Source: Octopus sinensis (Eukaryota). Taken from it: 64,000 nt of DNA. Below are positions 49,180 through 62,667 of this stretch, one piece after another. The translations under genes and the position numbers were made by a program. Numbering within the stretch: position 1 is the first letter of the stretch; each line of letters starts with the position of its first letter. The notes under the pieces are model-generated. The model was not told the DNA's origin, did no database searches, and was given only the letters and a program-made list of their open reading frames with translations. Location of the stretch: positions 86,614,001 to 86,678,000 of the forward strand of contig NC_043001.1 in NCBI RefSeq assembly GCF_006345805.1. Direction: 5' to 3'.

Positions 49180-49800
49180 TGACCATGAAACGTAGTCATT
49201 TCCAACTCTTGCACTGAAATCTCCCTATATGACAAGCTTGTCAGAAATTAGTACTTTCCTCAATAATTGTGCTAGATCGTCATAAAACTGTTCCACAGTT
49301 TCATCAGAATGAGACATTGTTTGTGCATAAATACTGACAAGGGTAAGAAACCTATCTTCTGTCAGTTTAATACGGCATGACATGATTCATTCAGATATAC
49401 CACTTGGAGGATCTGCAATGGGGGACACTAATGAATTCTTGAGAGTAAACCCAGCACCAGATTCTCTACCCAGACCTTTAATTATGCCTCTGCAAAAGAT
49501 AGTATATCCATAAGTAGGTTCATTTACTTGACCCTCACCAGAGAGACGAGTTTCAGAGAGCGCAACTATATCAAGGGAATATTTCTTAAGCTCACATGCA
49601 ATAAGTGCAGTACGCCTTTCTGGCCTCTTGTTGAAATTATCATCAAGAAGTGTGCGCACATTCCAAAAGCCAAAAATTCAAAGGATGTTTATTTTTACTT
49701 TTTCTTGAAGATTGTTTGACCACAGTGTCAGGATGATGACCGGGCCCAGCCTGTGATACACTGGGCACCTGCTGAGCCAGACCTGTTCCCCTGACGTTCC
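49180..49800 (-). mobile_element. RTE LINE 5' part (APE N-terminus)
   Basis: FGFWNVRTLLD...RPERRTALIACELKKYSLDIVALSETRLSGEGQ...GYTIF. Confidence 0.85.
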
Positions 49801-51096
49801 CAAGCCCTTTTTGCCATTTACTGAATGTGTTGCGAAAGAGGTAATATGGAAGACGAGAATGAAAGGAATTGCAACAGACATATTCATCTCCGGTCTCTGG
49901 TTAATTGACTTTTTCGTTTTCCACATGAAACGGAAAACAAGGCTGGAGAAGAAATGTCTGTCGCACAGTGTGTTTCGTAAAAGATGGAAGTCTATAGCAA
50001 GTATGTTGCGACTGAAAGAACCTGTCTAAATGAGAACAAAAAAAGCAAAAAAAACAAAGTCTTCAGTGTATGTGGTTTGTAGTGTCGACCGCGTCCTCCG
50101 CTTCATTTTTTGTAAATCACTCATTCTCATTTAATTGTATATATTTTAATTGTTTATTCGATCTCCTGACTCCAATGTCTGTTTTGTCTGCCCTAGTATT
50201 GTCCCCTCTTTTTCTTAACCTTATATGGTTAATAAAGAAATTGACTGCTCATGAGTTCCTCCACCCTTTGACGGGTCTTACTTTTCATCCCGCAGGGTGT
50301 TCAACAAACATCCTCCTCACCAAGCAAGCTTGATGGGGTTGCCAGTTTACTCGCCGAAAGTCCCGACCAATTATATATATGTAGCGGGATATGTAGCAAA
50401 AGGTGTTGCCGATGTAGCAAATGAAGATGGGCATGTTGACGACATCAAAATAATACAATTCAGCATCGGATTGTAGTTTAAATAATTTATTTGATCCACG
50501 CTTTCATTTACGTGTTGGATACACAAAGTTTGATTTATAATATCAATGGAGGCCGCTACATGAAGTTACCAACTGCTTCGAGTTTGCGAAGTAAAATGGA
50601 ATATCAGGAAAAATATTGTGTCGATGTGATGAGGTAGAACCGGGCATGTTCTCTGTCTGTGTGTGCGTTGGTCATTTGGTCGGGTTGTGTTTTCTTTCTG
50701 TCCTGTGTGTTCTGCTGTTGTATTGTTGTCGTTGGTCACTGCTTCTTCATGGCCTACCATCTGGTTCCCTCTTGACTGCTTGCCTGTTGCTAGTTGTCTG
50801 CCTATCTGTTGTGTGTCTAACTATTTATGATGTTCATCCTAGCTAGAAGAACAGATACACCATAGGAGTAATTTCTATTTATGTAGGTCGCCTGCTGTTC
50901 AATTGAACCTTCAGTGACACAGCACAGGTCGGAGGTCGAATGGATATCCCTCCATCACTTTTTGACAGGACAAACACATTTCTTTCGCGCTTGTTCAGGC
51001 CAGTGGTGGATCAGGCGAGCGAGAATCCTTGGATTCGGTTTCGAATCTCAGCTGGGAAAATGAAATGTTAGTTTTTATACAGACACACACAAACAA

Positions 51097-54000
51097 ATAT
51101 ATACCGGTTAATATATAGATCCAGAAATATATACCGGTTAATATATAGATCCACGCCCAGGTGGCAAAAATGGAAAAAAATATGTGTAACAGGTGTAAGG
51201 CATCGTATATTGAAGGAATATGACGAAGAAAAAGCGCGTTGACAAACGGGGGGGTGGGGAGAGAGCTCGGAAAATTCCCACCATCAACCGTAGAGGATCC
51301 GAGCAATAAACCTCAACGCCCGGTGGCAGGAGCGCAACAGAAACCGTCTAAATACTTCTCATGCAATGTATATACAACAAATATCGAGAAAAAAAAGCAC
51401 GCTGACAAACGGGGGCGTGGGGAGAGGGCTCGGAAATTACCCACGATCAACCGTAGAGGATGCGAGCAATAAACCTCAACACCCGGTCGCAGGCGCGCAA
51501 CAGAAACCGTCTAAATACTTCTCATGCAATGTATATACAACAAATATCGAGAAAAAATGCGCGCTGACAAACGGGTGCGTAGGGAGGGGGCTCGGAAAAT
51601 ACCCACGATCAACCGTAGAGGATCCACGACCAAGTGGCAAAAATGGAAAAAAAAATATGTGTAACAGGTGTAAGGCAACGTATATTGAAGGAAAATGACG
51701 AAAAAAAAGCGCCCTGACAAACGGGGAGGTGGGAAGAGGGCTCGGAAAATTCCCACCATCAACCGTAGAGGATCCGAGCTATAAACCTCAACGCCCGGTC
51801 GCAGCAGCGCAACAGAAACCGTCTAAATACTTCTCATGCCATGTATATACAACAAATATCGAGAAAAAATGCGCGCTGACAAACGGGGGCGTGGGGAGAG
51901 GCTCGGAAAATACCCACGATCAACCGTAGAGCATCCGAGCAATAAACCTCAACACCCGGTCGCAGGCGCGCAACAGAAACCGTCTAAATACTTCTCATGC
52001 AATGTATATACAACAAATATCGAGAAAAAAAAGCACGCTGACAAACGGGGGCGTGGGGAGAGAGCTCGGAAATTACCCACGATCAACCGTAGAGGATCCG
52101 AGCAATAAACCTCAACACCCGGTCGCAGGCGCGCAACAGAAACCGTCTAAATACTTCTCATGCAATGTATATACAACAAATATCGAGAAAAAAATGCGCG
52201 CTGACAAACGGGTGCGTAGGGAGGGGGCTCGGAAAATACCCACGATCAACCGTAGAGGATCCACGACCAAGTGGCAAAAATGGAAAAAAAAATATGTGTA
52301 ACAGGTGTAAGGCAACGTATATTGAAGGAAAATGACGAAAAAAAAGCGCGCTGACAAACGGGGAGGTGGGAAGAGGGCTCGGAAAATTCCCACCATCAAC
52401 CGTAGAGGATCCGAGCTATAAACCTCAACGCCCGGTCGCAGCAGCGCAACAGAAACCGTCTAAATACTTCTCATGCAATGTATATACAACAAATATCGAG
52501 AAAAAATGCGCGCTGACAAACGGGGGCGTGGGGAGAGGCTCGGAAAATACCCACGATCAACCGTAGAGGATCCGAGCAATAAACCTCAACACCCGGTCGC
52601 AGGCGCGCAACAGAAACCGTCTAAATACTTCTTATGCAATGTATATACAACAAATATCGAGAAAAAAATGCGCGCTGACAAACGGGGGCGTGGGGAAAAG
52701 GCTCGGAAATTACCCACGATCAACCGTAGAGGATCCGAGCTATAAACCTCAACACCCGGTCGCAGGCGCGCAACAGAAACCATCTAAATACTTCTTATGC
52801 TATGTGTATACAACAAATATCGAGAAAAAAATGCGCGCTGACAAACGGGGGCGTGGCGAGGGGGCTCGGAAATTACCCACGATCAACCGTAGAGGATCCG
52901 AGCATTAAAACCTCAACACCCGGTCGCAGGAGCGCAACAGAAACCGTCTAAATACTTCTCAGGCAATGAATATACAACAAATATCGAGAAAAAAATGCGC
53001 GCTGACAAACGGCGGCGTGGTGACGGGGCTCGGAAAATATTCACGATCAACCGTAGATGATCCGAGCAATAAACCTCAACACCCGGTCGCAGGAGCGCAA
53101 CAGAAACCGTCTAAATACTTCTCATGCAATGTGTATACAACAAATATCAAGAAAAAAATGCGCGATGACACACGGGGGCGTGGAGACTGGGCTCGGAAAA
53201 CACCCACGATCAACCGTAGAGGATCCGAGCAATAAACCTCAACACCCGGTCGCAGGAACGCAACAGAAACCGTCTAAATACTTCTCAGGCAATGAATATA
53301 CAACAAATATCGAGAAAAAAATGCGCGCTGACAAACGGCGGCGTGGAGACTGGGCTCGGAAATAACCCACGATCAACCGTAAAGGATCCGAGCAATAAAC
53401 CTCAACACCTGGTCGCAGGAGCGCAACAGAAACTGTCTAAATACTTCTCATGCAATGTGTATACAACAAATATCAAGAAAAAAATGCGCGCTGACAAACG
53501 GGGGCCCGGAAAATACCCACGATCAACCGTAGAGGATCCGCGCCCAAGTGGCAAAAATGGAAAAAAAATATGTGTAACAGGTGTAAGGCAACGTATATTG
53601 AAGGAAAATGACGAAAAAAAAAGCGCGCTGACAAACGGGGGTGGGTTGGGGAGAGGGCTTGGAAAATTCCCACGATCAACCGTAGAGGATCCGAGCAATA
53701 AACCTCAACGCCCGGTCGCAGGAGCGCAACAGAAACAGTCTAAATACTTCTCATGCAATGTATATACAACAAATATCGAGAAAAAAAAGCGCGGTGACAA
53801 ACGGGGGCGTGGGGAGGGGGCTCGGAAAATACCCACGATCAACCCTAAAGGATCCGAGCAATAAACCTCAACACCCGGTCGCAGGAGCGCAACAGAAACC
53901 GTCTAAATACTTCTCATGCAATGTATATACAACAAATATCGAGAAAAAGATGCGCGCTGACAAACGGGGGCGTGGGGAGGGGGCTCGGAAAATACCCACG

Positions 54001-57000
54001 ATCATCCGTAGAGGATCCGAGCAATAAACCTCAACACCAGGTCGCAGGAGCGCAACAGAAACCGTCTAAATACTTCTCATGCAATGTATATACGACAAAT
54101 ATCGAGAAAAAAATGCCCGCTGACAACGGGGGCGTGAGGAGGGGGCTCGGAAAATACCCACGATCAACCGTAGAGGATCCGAGCAATAAACCTCAACACC
54201 CGGTCGCAGGAGCGCAACAGAAACCGTCTAAATACTTCTCATGCAATGTATATACAACAAATATCAAGAAAAAAATGCGCGCTGACGGACAGGGGCGTGG
54301 GGAGAGGTCTCAGAAAATACCCACGATTAACCGTTGAGGATCCGAGCAATAAACCTCAACACCCGGTCGCAGCAGCGCAACAGAAACCGTCTAAATACTT
54401 CTCATGCAATGTATATACAACAAATATCGAGAAAAAATGCGCGATGACACACGGGGGCGTGGGGAGGGGGCTCGGAAAATACCCACGATCAACCGTAGAG
54501 GATCCGAGCAATAAACCTCAACACCCGGTCGCAGGAACGCAACAGAAACCATCTAAATACTTCTCATGCAATGTATATACAACAAATATCGAGAAACAAA
54601 TGCCTGCTGACAAACGGGGGCGTGGGGAGGGGGCTCGGAAAATACCCACAATCAACTGTAGAGGATCCGCGCCCAAGTGGCAAAAATGGAAAAAAAATTG
54701 TAACAGGTGTAAGGCATCGTATATTGAAGGAAAATGACGAAAAAAAAGCGCGCTGACAAACGGGGTGGGTGGGGAGAGGACTCGGAAAATAACCACGATC
54801 AACCGTTGAGGATCCGCGCCCAAGTGGCAAAAATGGAAAAAAAATTGTAACAGGTGTAAGGCATCGTATATTGAAGGAAATGACGAAAAAAAGCGCGCTG
54901 ACAAACGGGTGGGGGTGGGGAGAGGGCTCGGAAAATTCCCACGATCAACAGTAGAGGATCCGAGCAATAAACCTCAACGCCCGGTCGCAGGAGCGCAACA
55001 GAAACCGTCTAAATACTTCTCATGCAATGTATATACAACAAATATCGAGAAAAAAATGCGCGCTGACAACCGGGTGCGTGGGGAGGGGGCTCGGAAAATA
55101 CTGACGATCAACCGTAGAGGATCCGCGCCCAAGTGGCAAAAATGAAAAAAAATATGTGTAACAGGTGTAAGCCAACGTATATTGAAGGAAAATGACGAAA
55201 CGGGGGTGGGTTGGGGAGAGGGCTCGGAAAATTCTCACGATCAACCGTAGAGGATCCGAGCAATAAACCTCAACGCCCGGTCGCGGGAGCGCAACAGAAA
55301 CAGTCTAAATACTTCTCATGCAATGTATATACAACAAATATCGAGAAAAAAATGCGCGCTGACAAACGGGGGCGTGGGGAGTGGGCTCGGAAAATACCCA
55401 CGATCAACCGTAAAGGATCCGAGCAATAAACCTCAACACCCGGTCGCAGGAGCGCAACAGAAACCGTCTAAATACTTCTCATGCAATGTGTATACAACAA
55501 ATATCAAGAAAAAAATGCGCGATGACACACGGGGGCGTGGAGACTGGGCTCGGAAAACACCCACGATCAACCGTAGAGGATCCGCGCCCAAGTGGCAAAA
55601 ATGGAAAAAAAATATGTGTAACAGGTGTAAGGCAACGTATATAGAAGGAAAATGACGAAAAAAAAGGCGCGCTGACAAACGGGGGTGGGTTGGGGAGAGG
55701 GCTCGGAAAATTCCCACGATCAACCGTAGAGGATCCGAGCAATAAACCTCAACGCCCGGTCGCAGGAGCGCAACAGAAACAGTCTAAATACTTCTCATGC
55801 AATGTATATACAACAAATATCGAGAAAATAAAGCGCGGTGACAAACGGGGGCGTGGGGAGGGGGCTCGGAAATACCCACGATCAACCCTAAAGGATCCGA
55901 GCAATAAACCTCAACACCCGGTCGCAGGAGCGCAACAGAAACCGTCTAAATACTTCTCATGCAATGTATATACAACAAATATCGAGAAAAAGATGCGCGC
56001 TGACAAACGGGGGCGTGGGGAGGGGGCTCGGAAAATACCCACGATCATCCGTAGAGGATCCGAGCAATAAACCTCAACACCAGGTCGCAGGAGCGCAACA
56101 GAAACCGTCTAAATACTTCTCATGCAATGTATATACGACAAATATCGAGAAAAAAATGCCCGCTGACAAACGGGGGCGTGAGGAGGGGGCTCGGAAAATA
56201 CCCACGATCAACCGTAGAGGATCCGAGCAATAAACCTCAACACCCGGTCGCAGGAGCGCAACAGAAACCGTCTAAATACTTCTCATGCAATGTATATACA
56301 ACAAATATCAAGAAAAAAATGCGCGCTGACGGACAGGGGCGTGGGGAGAGGTCTCAGAAAATACCCACGATTAACCGTTGAGGATCCGAGCAATAAACCT
56401 CAACACCCGGTCGCAGCAGCGCAACAGAAACCGCCTAAATACTTCTCATGCAATGTATATACAACAAATATCGAGAAAAAATGCCCGATGACACACAGGG
56501 GCGTGGGGAGGGGGCTCGGAAAATACCCACGATCAACCGTAGAGGATCCGAGCAATAAACCTCAACACCCGGTCGCAGGAACGCAACAGAAACCATCTAA
56601 ATACTTCTCATGCAATGTATATACAACAAATATCGAGAAACAAATGCGCGCTGACAAACGGGGGCGTGGGGAGTGGGCTCGGAAAATACCCACGATCAAC
56701 TGTAGAGGATCCGCGCCCAAGTGGCAAAAATGGAAAAAAAAATATGTGTAACAGGTGTAAGGCATCGTATATTGAAGGAAAATGACGAAAAAAAGCGCGC
56801 TGACAAACGGGGTGGGTGGGGAGAGGACTCGGAAAATAACCACGATCAACCGTTGAGGATCCGCGCCCAAGTGGCAAAAATGGAAAAAAAATTGTAACAG
56901 GTGTAAGGCATCGTATATTGAAGGAAAATGACGAAAAAAAAGCGCGCTGACAAACGGGTGGGGGTGGGGAGAGGGCTCGGAAAATTCCCACGATCAACAG

Positions 57001-57935
57001 TAGAGGATCCGAGCAATAAACCTCAACGCCCGGTCGCAGGAGCGCAACAGAAACCGTCTAAATACTTCTCATGCAATGTATATACAACAAATATCGAGAA
57101 AAAAATGCGCGCTGACAACCGTGTGCGTGGGGAGGGGGCTCGGAAAATACTGACGATCAACCGTAGAGGATCCGCGCCCAAGTGGCAAAAATGGAAAAAA
57201 AATATGTGTAACAGGTGTAAGGCAACGTATATTGAAGGAAAATGACGAAAAAAAAGCGCGCTGACGAACGGGGGTGGGTTGGGGAGAGGGCTCGGAAAAT
57301 TCTCACGATCAACCGTAGAGGATCCGAGCAATAAACCTCAACGCCCGGTCGCGGGAGCGCAACAGAAACAGTCTAAATACTTCTCATGCAATGTATATAC
57401 AACAAATATCGAGAAAAAAATGCGCGCTGACAAACGGGGGCGTGGGGAGTGGGCTCGGAAAATACCCACGATCAACCGTAAAGGATCCGAGCAATAAACC
57501 TCAACACCCGGTCGCAGGAGCGTAACAGAAACCGTCTAAATACTTCTCATGCAATGTGTATACAACAAATATCAAGAAAAAAATGCGCGCTGACAGACAG
57601 GGGCGTGGGGAGAGGTCTCAGAAAATACCCACGATTAACCGTTGAGGATGCGAGCAATAAACCTCAACACCCGGTCGTAGGAGCGCAACAGAAACCGTCT
57701 AAATACTTCTCATGCAATGTGTATACAACAAATATCAAGAATAAAATGCGCGCTGACAAACGGGGGCGTGGGGAGTGTGCTCGGAAAATACCCACGATCA
57801 ACCGTAGAGGATCCGCGCCCAAGTGGCAAAAATGGAAAAAAAATTGTAACAGGTGTAAGGCATCGTATATTGAAGGAAAATGTCGAAAAAAAAGCGCGCT
57901 GACAAACGGGTGGGGGTGGGGAGAGGGCTCGGAAA
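51097..57935 (+). repeat. Satellite array of ~43 monomers of two types (A ~163 bp, B ~150 bp) sharing a ~70-bp core
   Basis: Core gcgcgctgacaaacgggg...ggctcggaaaatacccacgatcaaccgtagaggatcc, followed by gagcaataaacctc (A) or gcgcccaagtggcaaaaatgg (B). Confidence 0.95.
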
Positions 57936-57974
57936 CAGCGTTGGCAGGGTTTAGAAGAGATGTGTTCGAGAAAG

Positions 57975-58178
57975 AGTGGATGGCTGTGTGGTAAGTAGCT
58001 TCCTCACCAACCACATTGTTCCGGGTTCAGTCCCACTGCGTGGTACCTTGGTCAAGTGTCTTCTACTATAGCCTCGAGCCAGCAAAAGCCTTGTGAGTGG
58101 GTTTGGTAGACGGAACCTTTAAGAAGCCCGTCCTATATATGTATATATATGTGTGTGTGTGTGTTTGTCCACCCAACA
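57975..58178 (+). mobile_element. 3'-truncated tRNA SINE at the satellite inversion point
   Basis: Family head, ending inside the gtttgtcc block. Confidence 0.8.
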
Positions 58179-58842
58179 ATATTTGTTGTATATACATTGC
58201 ATGAGAAGTATTTAGACGGTTTCTGTTGCGCGCCTGCGCCCGGGTGTTGAGGTTTATTGCTCGGATCCTCTACGGTTGATCGTGGGTATTTTCCGAGCCT
58301 CCTCCCCACGCCCCCGTTTGTCAGCGCGCATTTATTCTTGATATTTGTTGTATACACATTGCATGAGAAGTATTTAGACGGTTTCTGTTGCGCGCCTGCG
58401 ACCGGGTGTTGAGGTTTATTGCTCGGATCCTCTACGGTTGATCGTGGGTATTTTCCGAGCCCCCTCCCCACGCCCCCGTTTGTCAGCGCGCATTTTTTTC
58501 TCGATATTTGTTGTATATACATTGCATGAGAAGTATTTAGACGGTTTCTGTTGCGCTCCTGCGACCGGGTGTTGAGGTTTATTGCTCGGATCCTCTACGG
58601 TTGATCGTGGGAATTTTCCGAGCCCTCTCCCCACCCACCCCCGTTTGTCAGCGCGCTTTTTTTTCGTCATTTTCCTTCAATATACGATGCCTTACACCTT
58701 TTACACATATTTTTTTCCATTTTTGCCACTTGGGCGCGGATCCTCTACGGTTGATCATGGGAATTTTCCGAGCGCCCTCCCCCCCCGTTTCTCAGCGCGC
58801 TTTTTTTTCGTCATATCTATATATGGATCTATATATTAACCG
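58179..58842 (-). repeat. Inverted block of the same satellite (~4.5 monomers)
   Basis: Reverse complement of A and B monomers; ends in tggatctatatattaaccg, the inverse of the left-end motif. Confidence 0.92.
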
Positions 58843-59846
58843 AGGTACGGCGTCGTGGTATGGTAAGATCCTTACTTTCCTTCCTAACTACATGGTTCCG
58901 GGTTCAATCTCACTGCGTGTCACCTTGGGCAATCACTAAAGAATTGTTCTTTGACTGGTAAACAAGCTATTTTTGCACTTCTGTGTACAGCTTCTTCAAC
59001 TGTAATGGTTTGCCATTCTAATTTGCTCTTTAGTTGCACAACGCACCGGGTCACATATGAATTTTCAAGGTTTGCAGAAAAGGCTACAGAAGATGGTATC
59101 TTGGAATAGTCATTACTGAAGAATGAATAGAGTCAGTAGAACGCTGGAGACGCACACACACACACACAAATGGAAAATAAGCCCGAACACGAACTGGAAT
59201 TTGTTGTAAAAATAATTATAACTAATGCCTTAAAATGACACTTTGGTAATGCTAGCACTTTGATAGAAGCGTATTGTAAAATGGACAACGACAGGAAGGG
59301 AGGTAACGTTGTGAAGAGTTTAAGTGGAATTCTTAAGGAGAGAGAGAGAGAGATATAAACGAAATACGGCAAACAGCTGTGTGTGTCTATTTCTGGAAAG
59401 TGCATGACCTTTAACCGGAGCCGTCATCACTGATCTTGAGTTGTGTGTAGCGCTACCGGGATTAATCACAGGGGTACTACGAAAACTATATCGTAGGCTT
59501 CGGCTCAGAATCACATGCTGAGCGCAGAGTTTATTTAATATGTTTTTTTTTTCCTATTTTTATTTAGGTAGTCATATATATGCATCATGTTATTTACATA
59601 TTTCTCATTTTAAAATACTATGTTAAAGATATAATTATTTTACATTAACTTTATATCTATTAGTAATAACTTGCGTTAAGCCTGATTTCTTGAAAGATAA
59701 AAATTAAAAGTTTTGAACGCTTTGAACGAATCTTCATTTAATTCATATTAAAATGGATTGGCTGAGCTCCGATTTCATTTAAGTTGATAGATCTAAGAAT
59801 GCATCTTCGCCTTTGAATCCTGATTGCCTGCTCACATATGAGCACG

Positions 59847-59885
<39 letters not shown>

Positions 59886-59937
59886 GCACGCACACTCATA
59901 ATATATTATATATAACATAAAGGCATTATATATAATA

Positions 59938-60450
59938 CTAGCAGTATCGCCCGGCGTTGCTCGGGTTTGTAAGGGAAATAACTATATAAGCATTTTTAGA
60001 GAGTTACTTCCCTTATAGATGCCAATTCGGGCTTTCTTAGCCATTTCTGTTTTGGTGTCTTCAAGCCATGAAGTCGTTGTTCTAAAAGAACGCTGGTCTC
60101 CTTGACAACGCTTTACGACGTTGATTTCCTTACACCCCCTTCCCCACAGCTTCACGAGGGAGGGAAGAAGGGGGAGAAGCAAACAGGTGCAGGTGTGACC
60201 ATGGACGCCAACTCCGCCGCCATCGACACACGAAAAATTATGCATTAAAATGGAATAAAAAATGATGTTAAATTATTTTTTAAATCGTAGACTCATCGTA
60301 GACGCGCGCTAATACCCAGACGGGCTCGATATGAATCACGACTATAAGATACCCGAATTTGGTTAAACTGCACCGCAAAATGTGGGAGTAGTTAGGAATC
60401 TAAATCGAAGGGGACAGACACTCACACAACTACAGTTTTATATATATAGA
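59938..60450 (-). mobile_element. Non-autonomous Helitron
   Basis: 5' TC(TATATATATAAAA), 3' hairpin cccgagcaacgccggg then CTAG, inserted between A and T. Confidence 0.85.
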
Positions 60451-60825
60451 TATGTAATGTATGTAAATACGGATCTATACCTTTTGACTTACAGATTTAA
60501 AAAATAATTTTTTGTAACTAAACACTTTCAAACTTCGAACACTGGTAGAATGTGTCATACAAAACATCTTTTACTCTTAGCATTTTTGAGAAAAAAACTT
60601 ATATTTACGAAGTTATTTCACATTTAAGTTCTCATATTTCGGCAATTTCAACCAATCAATGATGTGTATTCAGCTGAATGAAATTAAGAAACTTGCTTCC
60701 CAATCACATCGTTTGAGGTTCGGTCTCACTGCGTAGCACCTTGAGCAAGTATCTTCTACTACAGCCACGGGCCAACCAACGCCTTGTGAGTGGATTTGGT
60801 GGACGGAAACTGAAAGACGCCTATT

Positions 60826-60929
60826 GTATGTATATATACATATATATATGTACATATATATATTCATATATATACATATATATATATACATATATATATA
60901 TGTATATACATATGTATATATATATATAT

Positions 60930-60992
<63 letters not shown>

Positions 60993-61004
60993 CATACATA
61001 TATA

Positions 61005-61035
<31 letters not shown>

Positions 61036-61144
61036 TATATATATATACATACACACGCATATATATATATATACATACACACGCATATACATACATATAT
61101 ATATATATTTATTTATACATATATATATATATACATATATATAT

Positions 61145-61233
<89 letters not shown>
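60826..61233. repeat. Long (TA)n/(TACA)-rich microsatellite following a SINE head (60690-60825)
   Basis: Direct inspection. Confidence 0.95.
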
Positions 61234-61234
<1 letters not shown>

Positions 61235-62645
61235 CGGGAAGCTTTATGAAAATAAACAAAAGACGAAGGCAGGTGGAGTACAAACAAGCAATTGTATTAG
61301 TATGGCGCTCAGGAACATAAATAAAACAAGTCTTTTACGTTTCGAGCCCACGCTCTTCAACAGAAAGTTACAGAAAAGAGACACGGAGAGAAACAAGGAG
61401 AGAAAAAAATGCGTGCCGAAGCTAGCGATTCAACATGGCGATCTGATTCCGGTCAGAAGTCAGAGATCAGACGTGAGAGCGAAAGTAGGGGAGATAACAG
61501 GGTCAAATGACTTCGCCCCAACATAAGGGTGCGTGTGTGTATGAGAGAGTATGTAGTGCGTATGAAAGGTCTGGACGTGTGAATGTATGTATGATGTGAT
61601 GTGTAATGTCGTATGGTATAGTGTAGAGAGAGGAGATGAGGGGGAGGAGGGGAGAAGGAGGGAGGAGAGATGAGGGGATGGGAGAGGGGGAAGAGGGGGA
61701 GAGGGAAAGAGGAGGGGAGGGGGAGGGGGAGAGAATGGGAGTGAGGGAGCAGAGAGAAAGAGAGAAGGGGAAGAGGGAAGAAGAAAGAGGAAAGAAGAGG
61801 AGGGAAGAAGGGAAGAGGAGGGAAAGAGAGTAGGGGTGAAAAGATGAAGGACTAAAGAGAAGTAGGTTAGATGAGGAGGGGGGGAGAGTTGAGACCAAAT
61901 GGCGTAAAAGAGCGAAGAGAGAAGATTAATTCCTGTTCACGGCGCAAACGGGAATCCGGATGGCCTCTGTGCAAGGACAAACCGAACACAGACAGGTGTT
62001 GCAAGGAGTGACCGGTGGAGCGGAAATGGCGTGAAACCGGTGTGTCGTTGGCAAGGCGGATGACACCGAGGTGTTCCGCGAAGCGGTCAGCCAAGCGGCG
62101 TCCCGTTTGTCCGATGTACAGGGAATGGCAGAGAGAGCAAGAGATGCAATAGATGATATTGCTGGAGGTGCAGGTGAAGGAGTTGATGATGCGATAGGGT
62201 CGATGATGGGTGCCAGTGAGGAGGGTGGTGTTGGAGAGGTAAGGGCAAGTGCGGCAACGTGGGCGGGAGCAGGGGAACGAGCCAGGTTGGGAGGTAGGGT
62301 CAGGGAAGGAGCTGTGGACCAAAAGGTCTCGTAGGTTATGGGCTCGTTTGAAGGAGGTGAGGGGTCGGTTAGGGAAGAGGTGTGAAGTGGACGGGTCGGA
62401 CTGGAGATGCCGGAAAGCTCGAAGAATGGTGCGTTGGAGAGGTAGGGTCGTAGGGTGGTAAGTGAGGGGAAAAGAGAGGCGGGAGATTACAGGGCGGGTT
62501 CGGGGGGAGAGAGCAGATGCACGGTCTACGGAACGTGCTTTGGCAAGGGCGGTGTGGATAGTGGTGAGGGGGTATCCACGCAGGATGAAGTGGCGAGCCA
62601 TGCGTTGAGACTGAGTCTCAAAGTCATGGTCGTCACTACAGAGCC
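61234..62645 (-). mobile_element. 5'-truncated Neptune-like PLE: RT thumb, Cys-rich linker, GIY-YIG, 3' pLTR
   Basis: RLCS...F......F..RGYP, LTYHP, SFKRAHNLRDLLV, PC..PRCRTCP, FTCTSSNIIYCISC..C..LYIGQTGRRLADRFAEH, RE...I..L....PFGLN. Confidence 0.88.
61332..61367 (-). ncRNA. Minimal hammerhead-like motif with a variant core (CUGUUGA)
   Basis: CUUU-CUGUUGA-AGAGC GUGG GCUC-GAAA-CG-UA-AAAG. Confidence 0.55.
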
Positions 62646-62667
62646 TATATATACATATATACATATA

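Noticed and set aside
51400-51445. Hammerhead in the satellite core (CUGACAA...GGAAA)
   Set aside because: No stem I, II or III pairing can be built, and C3-A8 does not pair.
51150-58815. CRISPR-like repeat-spacer array, or repeated protein-coding ORFs, in the satellite
   Set aside because: The intervening segments are only two recurring types rather than unique spacers, there are no cas genes, and the context is eukaryotic. The ORFs shift frame with A-run length and are by-products of the repeat.
60670-61526. Long YI/HT/CV-rich ORFs (also 39462-39878, 41137-41611, 44153-44723, 48105-48649)
   Set aside because: They are translations of microsatellites.
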